Assembly (NCBI RefSeq): GCF_963921235.1
Contig: NW_026948140.1
Span: 248,001 to 312,000, forward strand
Direction: 5' to 3'
DNA from: Mobula hypostoma
Lineage: Eukaryota
Length of the DNA stretch: 64,000 nucleotides
The translations under genes were made by a program, and so were the position numbers. The notes below the pieces were generated by a model that worked only from the letters and a program-made list of their open reading frames with translations, did no database searches and had not been told where the DNA came from. How positions within the stretch are numbered: position 1 is the stretch's first letter; every line of letters starts with the position of its first letter. Of the stretch, positions 24,960-38,653 are shown piece after piece.

Positions 24960-26480
24960 GGTCATAGAGACACAAAGAAATACAGCACAGAAGCATGGTA
25001 AAGGAAAACAAGCGGAGTGTGAGGCAAAACCCTATGCTTGTAATAGCAACGCACACAAATTACTGGAGGAACTCAGCAGGCCAGGCAGCATCTATGGAAA
25101 AAAGTATAGTCGACGTTTTGAGCCTAGGGTTTTGGCTTGAAATGTCCACTGTACTTTTTTCCATAGATGCTGCCTGGCCTGCTGAGTTCCTCCAGCATTT
25201 CATGTGTTACTCGGATTTCCAGCATCTGCTGATTTTCTCATGTCTATGCTTATAGTAGTCAAAGTTAATGGAAAACCCATGAAAGCTCTTTTAGATCCTG
25301 GTAGCCACTGTAATTAATTAATGAATTATGCCCCTGTTTTGGTGTTGACTATAGTCACCAAACACCTGTCCAGTATGTACATGGTGACAGGAAGTCTAAG
25401 CCACTGGCAGAACTTGCAAGATGACCATAAGTACTTGCTGAACGTGGGGCGACTGGAGAAACTACCAGTTGACATGATTCTGGGGAGAGATTTGCCTGTG
25501 TTACAGGAGGAAGAGAAATAGCCACTCTATCTTTTACTCCAGTAGTGGATAGTGCTGTTTTGCATTTTGGCATGACTCATGCTAAAACGAAAGCAATGGT
25601 TGGGTTACACTCTATGCCTAATTTGGATGCTAGTCTGTGTGAGGGAGGAAACAAAAGGCCTAGAAGTCACTCCAGCAATGGTACCTTGGTTCTTCAGGCT
25701 CTGTTGATATTTGTACAGATTATGTATCTATTGAAGATGAAATGGAAGGGGTTGAAGAGTCCTGGTAGGTCCTGGGAAAGTTTACCTCTTCCATCTCGAT
25801 GGCTGCCAACCAACAGAGCTGCAGAGGTCTTTGCTGACTTTCCTGAGCTGTTCCAGCAGAGTCCAGAGCTGACAAACGTCCTAAAACATTCCATCAGGAT
25901 CAGAACACCAACACTGTTACCGAGTGCCGGAGTGACTTGTGGGGTCCTGCAGGATGAGATTCGAACTATGCTGGAGTTTGGAGTCATCGATATTTCAAAT
26001 AATGATTGGAGCAGTCCTATCATTATCGTCCCCAAGAAGGACAGCAGCCAGAGGATATGCATCGATTTCAGAAGTTGAATGCCATTTCTTTTCTTGATGC
26101 TTATCCTCTGCCCCACATTGATGACCTATTCATAAGGATTGGACTGGCAAACTAAATTACTACAGTGGACCTTTGCAAGAGCTACTGGCAGGTTCCCTGG
26201 ATGACCAGTCAGAACCCCTCACTGCCCCTGGGTCTGTTTTCGTTCACTGTGATGCACTTTGTTCTTCATGGTAGAGCAGCAGTTCTGTGAGGACCGCAAT
26301 ACAACCTACCTGGATGAAGTGGTTATTTCCAGCCAGATGTATTCAGAGCAACTGGACCAACTGCACAGGGTCTTGGGGAATATTCGTGCTGTAGGTCTCA
26401 CCCTCAATCTACAAATATGTGAGTGGGCAAAATGGGATACCAGAGACCAGATATGTTGGCTACCAGCTGGGACATGGAGA
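24960..26480 (+). mobile_element. Decayed Gypsy/Ty3 pol remnant (protease and RT)
   Basis: VKVNGKPMKALLDPGS (aspartic protease), WSSPIIIVPKKDSSQRICIDFR, DAYPLPHIDDL, DLCKSYWQVP, YLDEVVISS. Confidence 0.85.
25047..25243. mobile_element. Fold-back Penelope terminal-repeat insertion (type 2)
   Basis: Arms ~25047-25118 and ~25133-25210 are reverse complements; degenerate TSD ctatgcttgtaatag (25032-25046) and ctatgcttatagtag (25244-25258). Confidence 0.88.
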
Positions 26481-26509
26481 CTCTACAGTAATTAGTAACT
26501 TTCACAATG

Positions 26510-26710
26510 ATTAGGTCTCCTATCACTACTGTTCTGTCTGACTATCCTTCCCTGCTGCGTCCCAGAGCCTGCCACCGTTCCACTGTCCTGGCTGCTGTTG
26601 CTTTACCCTGATAGGTCATTCCCCTCCCCCCTGCCAACAGTATCCAAAAGGATAATACTTGTTACTGACGTGAATGGCCACAGGGGAATCCTGTCCTGAT
26701 TTTTCACTCA
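26510..26710 (-). mobile_element. Degraded CR1 ORF1 fragment
   Basis: ccaacagtatcc...gaatggccacagggg and tctcctatcactact match ORF1 of other CR1 copies. Confidence 0.55.
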
Positions 26711-26899
26711 CCTTACAACATGCACCCAACCACGCCAGCTCCTGGTGTTTAGACATTCTAACTCTCCAGAGTGTGGATAGCTGACATGGTCCCTTTAAAG
26801 ATTCAGGAATGTCCTGAAAATTGACAATCATGCTTTGGATGCCAAGAACTGAGTATGGAAAGAGCACCCCGAATGGAGCCTCAGCGCTCAGGAAGGAAT

Positions 26900-27325
26900 T
26901 ATATCGACTTGACCTAGAATTGCATATACTATGTTTAATATTCCTTATATCTTGTTGGAAAACATCACTCTGGGGTGTGTAAGTTTTCTCATCATTATGA
27001 AACAGTTGAACACATTATATTACAATGTGAAGTATATAAGGTTGAAAGAAAGCAAATGCAGGCTTCACTACTATCTTTGGGGGTTGATAGTTTTCATTTA
27101 AAAATTTCACTAAGTTATGGAAGTAACTTTAATTTAATTCACAATATTGTCTTTCATTATTTATAATCTATAAGGCTTTCTGGGATAATTTAGTTTTCAC
27201 TTAATGAAGAACCAGTGGGAGTTTCATTTCCCAGCTCTCTACGTGGCACTCCAGTCCAGTTGGTGGCAGTAATGCAATGTTAAGTTGGACTGCCAACCAC
27301 CATTAAAAGTCAGACAAAGAAGAAG
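26900..27325 (+). mobile_element. Nimb/I-clade LINE 3' end
   Basis: GKHHSGVCKFSHHYETVEHIILQC (decayed C-terminal zinc knuckle); 3'UTR motif gtggcagtaatg...gccaacc.cc shared with 36131-36169; (gaa)n tail. Confidence 0.75.
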
Positions 27326-27369
27326 CCCCAGTGCTCATTTGTAAGCCCAACCAGAGATATTGTCTATTG

Positions 27370-28116
27370 CAACACACATCAAAGTTGCTGGCGAACGCAG
27401 CAGGCCAGGCAGCATCTGTAGGAAGAGGTACAGTCGATGTTTCAGGCCGAGACCCTTCGTCAGGACTAACTGAAGGAAGAGATAGTAAAAGATTTAAAAG
27501 TGGGAGGGGGAGGGGGAGGTTCAAAATGATAGGAGAAGACAGGAGGGGGAGGGATGGAGCCAAGAGCTGGACAGGTGATTGGCAAAGGGGATATGAGAGA
27601 ATCATGGGATAGGAGGTCTGGGGAGAAAGACAAGTGGGGGGGGGGGAACCAGAGGATGGGCAAGGGGTATAGTCAGAGGGACAGAGGGAGAAAAAGGAAA
27701 GTGAGAGAAAGAATGTGTGTATAAAAATAAATAACGGATGGGGTATGGGGGGAGGTGGGGTGGTAGCGGAAGTTTGAGAAGTCGATGTTCATGCCATCAG
27801 GTTGGAGGCTACCCAGACAGAATATAAGGTGTTGTTCCTCCAACCTGAGTGTGGCTTCATCTTTACAGTAGGGGAGGCCATGGATAGACATGTCAGAATG
27901 GGAATGGGATGAGGAATTAAAATGTGTGGCCACTGGGAGATCCTGCTTTCTCTGGCGGACAGAGCGTAGGTGTTCAGCAAAGCGGTCTCCCAGTCTGCGT
28001 CGGGTCTCGCCAATATATAGAAGGCCACATCGGGAGCACCGGACACAGTATATCACCCCAGCCGACTCACAGGTGAAGTGTCACCTCACCTGGAAGGATT
28101 GTTTGGGGCCCTGACA
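27370..28116 (-). mobile_element. Penelope 3' fragment (GIY-YIG and terminal repeat)
   Basis: ORF 27673-28056 IYCVRCSRCGLLYIGET; TSD atattgtctattg (27357-27369) and atatcgtctattg (28117-28129); hammerhead at 27431-27467 with a stem III CpG mutation. Confidence 0.93.
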
Positions 28117-29105
28117 ATATCGTCTATTGTTTTGTTTTGTGCTCAGTTCCTTAATCCAGTTTATTCTATTTCTCGATCCTAGCCTTGGATACACCAGCAT
28201 TTGAGTCCAAAACATCCTCATCAAGGACACTTGTCACACCTTACTCCTATTGTTTTATGTTGTTCTACCTCAATGTACTGTCTAATGAATTCATCGTTGT
28301 GAAGAGTATGCAAGACAAGCTTTTCACTGTACCTTGGTGCATATGATAATAATAAACCAATCCAATTCACTTTCTCTGCAATTAGAACACTTCTTTCTGT
28401 ATTCTGTTTTTCTTTGTACTATCTTGATGTGCTTGTGTGTAGAATGATCTGTCTGGAAGGCATGTAAAGCAAACTTACACAACAGAAAACATCAGAAGAA
28501 CCTCAGGCCTGCATTTGTAAATTCTGGCAGCTGCAGAGATGGGAGGAGAGACTAAGGGTGGAGCGTCAAACTGACCGTGACAAGGTGATACATGGGCCAC
28601 TCTCATTTGGACAGTGAAGATAAATGCAATGGTAATCGAAGGCAGTTCGAGAGGTAGATAGGAAAACATCACTTCCTGACCTAGTTAAAACTTGTATAAA
28701 TAATTGTGGGAGATGACATTTAGTGGTCAGCACAGTGGTTTTTGCTACTCTGATCACAGTCAGGCTGTTGACACAGGATAGAGATACTGGATGTTATGTG
28801 GTAAACAACTATGCAGATAATGTTTGAAGAGAGATCACAATCAGCTACCATCCATGCAGTGGTGATATCTATCTAATTTCGATCAGATGTGCATCTTCGC
28901 ACTTCTACTAAGAGTGAGTTTGAAAGAATATTTTGATACTGTTAGAGCTCTAAAAAATTACAAGGGTGCCAGGAAGGAGCTCAAGAATGAAATTTGGAGG
29001 GCTAGAGGGACCAATGAGAAGGCCTTGGTGAGCAGGATTAAGGAAAATCCCAAGTTATTCTATCAGTGTGTGAAGAGCAAGAGGATGAACTGTGTGAGAA
29101 ATGGA

Positions 29106-32100
29106 AATGAAGGGAGGAGAAGGGAAAGAACAATGAGTCAACATCCAGGTGTGTTAAACAGGAGGGAAGAAATTGATGATATAATTGATGATCCATTTAC
29201 ATTGGCAGAAATGGTGAGAGCAATAAAGAGATCGAGACCAACCTCCCCAGGGAAAGATCTGATGTGCTCTGTTATGCTAAAAAATCTAGGAGATGGATCA
29301 CTCTTGAAGTTGCTGCATTTTTATAACAGAGTGTGGGAGGAGGGAAGATTACCAAATGCATTGAAAGAAGCAGTAGTAATTCCATTAAGGAAACATGGCA
29401 AGGATCCGTCAAAACCCATTAGCTACAGACCCAACAGCATTAACATCAAATATATGCAAGATAATGGAAAGGATAATAACAGAAAGGTTATCGTATGAGC
29501 TTGAGAAGAGGGGAATGCTGGCAAGTTATCAGAGTGATTTTAGGAAGGGAAGGAGTTCCATGGACTCAGTGATAAGGTTAGAGACTGAAATAAGGAAGGC
29601 CCAGGCAAATAAAGAGTCTGTAGTTGCAGTGTTTTTTGACATCGAAAAAGCCTGTGATATGATGTGGAAGGAAGGATTGTTAATTAAACTGCACAAGATG
29701 AGGATTGGTCGGGGATTTTTTAATTGGATTAAAGATTTTTTGTTTGGTAGAAAAATTCAAGTTCGGTTTGGATCAGAATTATCAAAACAGTACGTAATGG
29801 AAAATGGCACATCTCAAGGTAGTGTGATTAGCCCGTTACTTTTCATCATTATGATCAATGATGTCTTCACAAAGGTACCAGGGGATATAGGTAGGTCACT
29901 GTTTGCAGATGATGGGGCCTTGTGGAAAAGAGGCAGGAACATGGAGCATATAATCAGGAAACTACAAGGAGCAATTGATGAAGTGGTAGAGTGGGGTTAT
30001 GATTGGGGATGTAGATTTTCAGTAGAAAAAACTCCAACTGTATTTTTCATCAGGAGAAGAATTGAGGTAGGGAAGAAGTTAAGGATGTATGGGATTGAAT
30101 TAGAAAGGGTTGGATCATTTACATTTCTGGGAATTATATTTGATTCACGATTAACATGGGCAGACCATATCAGGAAAGTTGAGGAGAAATGTGAAAAAGT
30201 AATAAATGTGATGAGATGTTTGACTGGTAGGGAATGGGGAGCAAGTTGTTCAGCGCTGAAGAGAATGTATGTGGCTTTAGTGAGATCTGTGTTGGACTAT
30301 GGAAATATAGCATATGGATCAGCTGCTAGGTCTCTTATAAGGAAACTGGATGTGATTCAGGCTCAGGCTTTGAGAGTGTGCAGTGGGGCTTTTAAAACAT
30401 CATCAGTGTCAGCCCTACGGGTAGAAATGGGAGTAATGCCTTTGGAACTAAGAAGGATGCAATTGATGGCAAACTACTGGGCTAATCTGCAGGGGCATAA
30501 TGATTCTCAGCCTGCTAAAGGAGTATTGCAGGAATGCTGGGAAAATGGGAGGTTTCAGAGGGATAACTTTAGTCGGGTAGGGAATGATATTGCTAAAGAA
30601 TGTGGAGTGTTTGATCCAAGAATAAGTCCTTCAGTAGTTTATCCGGTTGTAGCTCCATGGAAGCTTGTATGGCCTGACATAGACTGGCATTTGTTCGAGG
30701 TAAAAAGGAAAGGAAAATATAAAACTGATTTGGTAAATGCACTTAACTGTCATGTGATGGAAAAGTATAGTGATTATACTCAGATTTATACGGATGGTGC
30801 TAAGGAACCTGAAACAGGAGTGACAGGGTTTGGGGTGGCTGTACGAGCAAACGAAATTGGAATCAGCAGAAGAACATCTAATAAATTAGGGGTGTATACA
30901 GTGGAGATGCTGGCAGTGTTGGTTGCATTGCGATGGGTGGAGAAAGCTGGACAAGTCAAAGTGTTGATATGCTCAGATTCATCCTCAGTTCTAGCAAGTG
31001 TAAGGTCTTTACACTCAAACAGTCGGCAAGATGTACTTTATGAAGTCCTTCAGTTAGTCACAAGAATTGAAAATCAGGGAGGTCAGGTAAAATTTCTATG
31101 GGTTCCTGCACATGTAGGGGTGAAGGGGAATGAGAGGGTGGATGAGTTGGCAAAGAGGGCGTTAAAGAAAGAAAATATAGAAATGCACATTAGTATCAGT
31201 AAAGCAGAGATTAAGTGTGTAATCTGGGAAAAAAAATCAACCAAATGTGGCAAGAAAGATGGGACAGGGAGGGGAAAGGGAGGCATTTATATCAAATACA
31301 AAAGAGTGTTGCAGGTACTAGGGTAGGTAGTGGATACAGAAGAGAGGAAACTGTGTGGACTAGGTTAAGGCTGGGGCACTGTGCGTTAAACAAATCATTG
31401 AAAATGATAGGGAAACACCAGACAGGATTGTGTGAGGAATGTCAGGAAGAGGAGTCAGTAGAACATGTAGTTCTGAGTTGCTAGAAGTATGGGATACAGA
31501 GAGAGGTGATGATAATCAATCGAAGAGAACTGGGGGTGCAGGAACTCACATTAAAAGGGTTGCTGGGCATTGGTGAGAGAGCACAGGTCAGGATATTTTT
31601 AGCTTTCTTAAGGGATACGGGGGTTTTTTTATAGGATATGATGGATAAGCAGGAATAGGGTACTAGAATGACCAAAGGTGAGAGAATAAAGTGTAGGTTA
31701 GGGTATGTGTGTGTGTGATTGGGTGAAGGGATTTAGAATAGAAACATAGAAAATAGGTGCAGGAGTAGCCCATTCGGCCCTTCGAGCCTGCACCACCATT
31801 TAGTACGATCATGGCTGATCATCCAACTCAGAACCCTGTACCAGCCTTCCCCCCATACCCCCTGATCCCTTTAGCCACAAGGGCCATATCTAACTCCCTC
31901 TTAAATATAGCCAGTGAACTGGACTCAACTGTTTCCTGTGGCAGAGAATTCCACAGATTCACCACTCTCTGTGTGAAGAAGTTTTTCCTAATCTCGGTCC
32001 TAAAAGGCTTCCCCTTTATCCTTAGACTGTGACCCCTCGTTCTGCACTTCCCCAACAGTGGGAACAATCTTCCTACATCTAGCCTGTCCAATCCCTTTAG

Positions 32101-35100
32101 GATTTTATACGTTTCAATAAGATCCCCCCTCAAATTTCTAAATTCCAACGAATATAAGCCTAGTCAATCCAGTCTTTCATCATATGAAAGTCCTGCCATC
32201 CCAGGAATCAATCTGGTGAACCTTCTTTGTACTCCCTCTATGGCAAGGATGTCTTTCCTCAGATTAGGGGACCAAAACTGCACACAATACTCTAGGTGTG
32301 GTCTCACCAAGGCCGTGTACAACTGCAGTAGTACCTCCCTGCTCCTGTACTCGAATCCTCTTGCTATGAATGCCAACATACCATTCACCTTTTTCACCGC
32401 CTGCTGTAACTGCATGCCCACTTTCAATGACTGGTGTATAATGACACCCAGGTCTAGTTGCACCTCCCCTTTTCCTAATCGGCCACCATTCAAATAATAA
32501 TCTGTTTTCCTGTTTTTGCCACCAAAGTGGATAACCTCACATTTATCCACATTAAATTGCATCTGCCATGAATTTGCCCACTCACCTAACCTATCCAAGT
32601 CACCCTGCATCCTCTTAGCATCCTCCTCACAGCTAACACTGCCGTCCAGCTTCGTGTCATCCGCAAACTTGGAGATGCTGCATTTAATTCCCTCATCTAA
32701 GTCATTAATATATATTGTAAACAACTGGGGTCCCAGCACTGAGCCTTGTGGTACCCCACTAGTCACTGCCTGCCATTCTGAAAAGGTCCCGTTTATTCCC
32801 ACTCTTTGCTTCCTGTCTGCCAACTAATTCTCTATCCACATCAATACCTTACCCTCAATACCGTGTACTTTAAGTTTGCACACTAATCTCCTGTGTGGGA
32901 CCTTGTCAAAAGCCTTTTGAAAATCCAAATATACCACATCCACTGGTTCTCCCCTATCCACTCTACTAGTTACATCCTCAAAAAATTCTATGAGATTCGT
33001 CAGACATGATTTTTCTTTCACAAATCCATGCTGACTTTGACCGATGATTTCACCACTTTCCAAATGTGCTGTTATCACATCTTTGATAACTGACTCTAGC
33101 ATTTTCCCCACCACCGATGTCAGGCTAACCGGTCTATAATTCCCTGGTTTCTCTCTCCCTCCTTTTTTAAAAAGTGGGGTTACATTAGCCACCCTCCAAT
33201 CCTCAGGAACTAGTCCAGAATCTAAAGAGTTTTGAAAAATTATCACTAATGCACCCACTATTTCTTGGGCTACTTCCTTAAGCACTCTGGGATGCAGACC
33301 ACCTGGCCCTGGGGATTTATCTGCCTTTAGTCCCTTCAATTTACCTAACACCACTTCCCTACTAACATGTATTTCCCTCAGTTCCTCCATCTCACTGGAC
33401 CCTCTGTCCCCTACTATTTCCGGAAGGTTACTTATGTCCTGCTTAGTGAAGACAGAACCAAAGTAATTATTCAATTGGTCTGCCATGTCCTTGCTCCCCA
33501 TAATCAATTCACCTGTTTCTGTCTGTAGGGGACCTACATTTGTCTTAACCAATCTTTTTCTTTTCACATATCTATAGAAGCTTTTACAGTCAGTTTTTAT
33601 GTTCCTTGCCAGTTTTCTCTCATAATCCTTTTTCCCCTTCCTAATTAAGCCCTTTGTCCTCCTCTGCTGGACTCTGAATTTCTCGCAGTCCTCAGGTGAG
33701 CCACTTTTTCTGGCTAATTTGTATGCTTCTTTTTTGGAATTGATACTATTCCTAATTTCCCTTGTCAGCCAGGGGTGCACTACCTTCCTTTATTTATTCT
33801 TTTGCCAAAATGGGATGAACAATTGTTGTAGTTCATCCATGGGATCTTTAAATGCTTGCCATTGCATATCCACCGTCAACCCTTTAAGTGTCATTTGCCA
33901 GTCTATCTTAGCTAATTCACGTCTCATACCTTCAAAGTTACCCTTCTTTAAGATCAGAACCTTTGTTTCTGAATTAACTATGTCACTCTCCACCTTAATA
34001 AAGAATTTCACCACATTATGGTCACTCTTACCCAAGGGGCCTCTCACGACAAGATTGCTAATTAACCCTTCCTCATTACTCAATACCCAGTCTAGAATAG
34101 CCTGCTCTCCAGTTGGTTCCTTGACATGTTGGTTCAAAAAACCATCCCGTATACATTCCAAGAAATCCTCTTCCTCAGCACCCTTACCAATTTGGTTCAC
34201 CCAATCTATATGTAGATTGAAGTCACCCATTATAACTGCTGTTCCTTTATTGCACGCATTTCTAATTTCCTGTTTAATACCATCCCCAACCTCACTACTA
34301 CTGTTAGGTGGCCTGTACACAACTCCCACCAGCGTTTTCTGCCCCTTAGTGTTATGCAGCTCTACCCATATCGATTCCACATCCTCCCAGCTAATGTCCT
34401 TCCTTTCTATTGCGTTAATCTCCTCTCTAACCAGCAGTGTTACCCCACCTCCTTTTCTTTCATGTCTATCCCTCCTGAATATTGAATATCCCTGAATGTT
34501 GAGCTCCCATCCCTGGTCACCCTGGAGCCATGTCTCTGTGATCCCAACTATATCATATTCATTAATAACAATCTGCACTTTTAATTCATCCACCTTGTTA
34601 CGAATGCTCCTTGCATTGACACACAAAGCCTTCAGGCTCGCTTTTACAACACTCTTAACCCTTATACAATTATCTTGAAAAGTGGCCCTTTTTGATTTTT
34701 GCCCTGGATTTGCCGGCCTGCCACTTTTACTTTTCGCCTTACTACTTTTTGCTTCTACCCTCATTTTACACCCCTCTGTCTCTCTGCACTTGTTCCCATC
34801 CCCCTGTTGTGAACTAACCTCCTCTCGCCTAAACTCTTTAATTTGATTCCCACCCCCCCAACCATTCTAGTTTAAAGTCACCTCAGTAGCCCTCGCAAAT
34901 CTCCCCGCCAGGATATTGGACCCCTAGGCTTCAAGTGTAACCCGTCCTTTTTGACCAGGTCACACCTGCGCCAAAAGAGGTCCCAATGATCCAAAAACTT
35001 GAATCCCTGCCCCCTGCTCCAATCCCTCAACCACGCATTTATCTTCCACCTCATTGCATTCCTACTCTCACTGTCGCATGGCACAGACAGTAATCCCGAG

Positions 35101-36195
35101 ATTACTACCATTGCGGTCCTTTCTCTCAACTCCCTTCCTAACTCCCTATATTCTCCTTTCAGGACCTCTTCCCTTTTTCTACCTATGTCATTGGTACCTA
35201 TATGTACCATGACCTCTGGCTCCTCACCCTCCCACTTCAGGATATCTTGGATGCGATCAGAAATATCCCTGACCCTGGCACCAGGGAGGAAAACTACCAT
35301 CCAGGTCTCTGGACTGTGTCCACAGAATCGCCTATCTGACCCCCTTACTATCAAGTCCCCTATTACTACTGCCCTCCTCTTCCTTTCCCTACCCTTCTGA
35401 GCTATAGGGCCGGACTCTGTTCTGGAGGCATGGCCACTGTCGCTTCCCCCAGGTAAGCTGTCCCCCCCAACAGTACTCAAACAGGAGTACCTATTGTCAA
35501 GGGGCATAGCCACCAGGGTACTCTCTATTACCTGACTCTTCCCCTTCCCCCTCCTAACCGTGACCCACTTGTCTGCCTCCCGTGGCCCCGGTGTGACCAC
35601 CTGCCTGTAACTCCTCTCTGTCACCTCCTCACTCTCCCTGACCAGACGAAGGTCATCGAGCTGCAGCTCCAGTTCCCTAATGCAGTCCCTTAGGAGCTGC
35701 ATCTCGGCGCACCTGGTGCAGATGTGGACGTCCGAGAGGCTTGAAGACTCCAGGGCCTCCCACATCCGGCACTGAGAACAACAAACTGCCCTCACACTCA
35801 TACTGCCCCTCTCCTCAAATAACAACAAAAATGAATACCAAACCTTCCTCGCCTTGCTCGTTTCTGCCTAAGCCCATTCAGCCGAAACCCTTAAGCCTTC
35901 ACTCTGCTCCCGGCTCACTTCACCGCCCGCAAACTATGCTGCCCGCTGTATGAGGCTCTGTTCTTTTTAAATCTTCTGCGCTTCACTGCCCAACGTCACA
36001 CGCCTGCGCAGTCCCGCCTCTCTGAACGCTGATGGAAAAAAACCCGAAAAATTTAAAAATTGCTTCCTCTGCACTCCCGCTCCGATTCTCAGACTTCCTT
36101 CTTCGAATATTGCACACTCCGGAGTAGAAAGTGGCAGTAATGTACCAGTAAGCTGGGAGCCAACCGCCGTAAAACAAGATGGAGAAGAAGTAGAG
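29106..36195 (+). mobile_element. Nimb/I-clade LINE with RT, RNase H and CCHC, 5'-truncated; 3'UTR split by CR1-C
   Basis: ORF 29395-31326: FFDIEKA, QGSVISP, LFADD; RNase H IYTDG...E...SDS...WVPAHVGVKGNERVD; CEEC...EHVVLSC. 3'UTR resumes at 36105; TSD gaaatgga at 29098-29105 and 36196-36203. Confidence 0.92.
31741..36104 (-). mobile_element. Apparently full-length CR1 subfamily C (~4.4 kb)
   Basis: GC-rich 5'UTR; ORF1 34878-35828 (CSQC...CTRC, coiled coil, esterase); ORF2 in pieces 33790-34764, 32824-33780, 32164-32823 and 31828-32148; TSD gaata at 31736-31740 and 36105-36109. Confidence 0.95.
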
Positions 36196-37249
36196 GAAAT
36201 GGACCAATCAGGTGCAATAGCAGAAACATGTGCATGGAGCTGGAGGAGGTAGTGGAGGTAATTAATGAATGCTTTGCTTCAGTATTCACCAGTGCAAAGG
36301 ACCATGGCAATTGTGGGGATGACTTCCACTGGACTGAAATGCTTGAGTGCATAGACATTAAGAAAGAGGATGTGCTTGAGCTGTTGAAAGGTACTAAATT
36401 AGATAAATCACTGGGACCTGATGAGATATACCCCAGGCTACTGTGGGAAGTGAGGGAGGACATTGCTGAGCCTCTTGCAGTGATCTTTACATCATCAATA
36501 GGGATGGGAGAATACCAAAGGATTGGAGGGTTGCAAATGTCTTTCCCTTGTTCAAGAAAGGGAGTAGAGATAACCCAGGAAATTATAGACCAGTGAATCT
36601 TAATTTAGTGATGAGCAAGTTGTTGGAGAAGATCCTGAGAGGAAGGATTTATAAGCATTTGGAGAGACAGTCTGATTAGGGATAGTCAGCATGGTTTTGT
36701 CAAGAGCAGGTCGTGCTTTACGAGCCTAATTGAATTCTTTGAGGAGGTAACAAAACACATTGATGATGGTAGAGCAGTGGATGTAGTGTATATGGATTTC
36801 AGTAAGGCATTTCATAAGGTTCTCCATGCAAGGTTCATTCAGAAAGTAAGGTGGTATGGGATCCAAGGAGACCTTGCTTTGTGGATCCAGAATTGGCTTG
36901 CCCACAGAAGGCAAAGGATGGTTGTAGAAGGTTCATATTCTGCATTGAGGATGGTGACCAGTGGTGTTCTGCAGGGATCTGTTCTGGAACCCCTCCTCTT
37001 TATGATTTTTTTAAATGATCTGGCTGAGGAAGTAGAAGGGTGGGTTAATAAAATTGCTGATGACACAAAAGTTGGGGATGTTGTGGATTGTCTGGAGGGT
37101 TGTCAGAGGCTACAGTGGGACATCAGTAGGATGCAGAACTGGGCTGAGAAGTAGCAGATGGAGTTCAACCCAGATAAGTGTGAAGTGGTTCATTTTGGTT
37201 GGTCAAATTTGAAGACTGAATATAATATTAATGGTAAGACTCTTGGCAG

Positions 37250-38653
37250 TTGTTCAAAAAAGGTAGTAGGGATAGTCCGGGTAATTATAGACCAGTGAGC
37301 CTTACGTTTGTGGTGGGAAAGCTGTTGGAAAAGATTCTTAGAAATAGGATCTATGGGCATTTAGAGAAACACGGTCTGATCAGGGACAGTCAGCATGGCT
37401 TTGTGAAGGGCAGATCATGTCTAAGAAGCCTGATAGAGTTCTCTGAGGAGGTGACCAGGCATATAGATGAGGGTAGTGCAGTAGATGTGATCTACATGGA
37501 TTTTAGTAAGGCATTTGACAAGGTTCCACATGGTAGGCTTATTCAGAAAGTCAGAAGGCATGGGATCCAGGGAAGTTTGGCCAGGTGGATTCAGAATTGG
37601 CTTGCCTGCAGGAAGCAAAGGGTCGTGGTGGAGAGAGTACATTCAGATTGGAGGGTTGTGACTAGTGGTGTCCCACAAGGATCTGTTCTGGGACCTCTAC
37701 TTTTTGTGATGTTTATTAACGACCTGTATGTGGGGGTAGAAGGGTGGGTTGGTAAGTTTGCAGATGACACAAAGGTTGGTGGTGTTGTTGATAGTGTAGA
37801 GGATTGTTGAAGATTGCAGAGAGACATTGATAGAATGCAGACGTGGGCTGAGATGTGGCAAATGGAGTTCAACCCGGAGAAGTGTGAGGTGGTACACTTT
37901 GAAAGGACAAACTCCAAGGCAGAGTACAAAGTAAATGGCAGGATACTTGGTAGTGTGGAGGAGCAGAGGGATCTTGGGGTACGTGTCCACAGATCCCTGA
38001 AAGTTGCCTCACGGGTAGATAGGGTAGTTAAGAAAGCTTATAGGGTGTTAGCCTTCATAAGTTGAGGGATAGAGTTTAAGAATCGCGAGGTAATGATGCA
38101 GCTCTATAAAACTCTGGTTAGGCCACACTTGGAGTACTGTGTCCAGTTCTGGTCGCCTCACTATAGAAAGGATGTGGAAGCATTGGAAAGGGTACAGAGG
38201 AGATTTACCAGGATGCTGCCTGGTTTAGAGAGTATGCATTATGATCAGAGATTAAGGGAGCTAGGGCTTTACTCTTTGGAGAGAAGGAGGATGAGAGGAG
38301 ACATGATAGAGGTGTACAAGATAATAAGAGGAATAGATAGAGTGGACAGCCAGCGCCTCTTCCCCAGGGCACCGCTGCTCAATACAAGAGGACATGGCTT
38401 TAAGGTAAGGGGTGGGAAGTTCAAGGGGGATATTAGAGGAAGGTTTTTTACTCAGAGAGTGGTTGGTGCGTGGAATGCACTGCCTGAGTCAGTGGTGGAA
38501 GCAGATACACTGGTGAAATGTAAGAGACTACTAGACAGGTGTATGGAGGAATTTAAGGTGGGGGGTTATATGGGAGGCAGGATTTAAGGGTCAGCACAAC
38601 ATTGTGGGCCAAAGGGCCTGTACTGCACTATAGTATTCTATGTTCTGTGTTCT
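37250..38653 (+). mobile_element. CR1 subfamily A 3' half
   Basis: ORFs 37250-37810, 37814-38065 and 38093-38587 are near-identical to other A copies; (ttctatg) tail. Confidence 0.93.
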
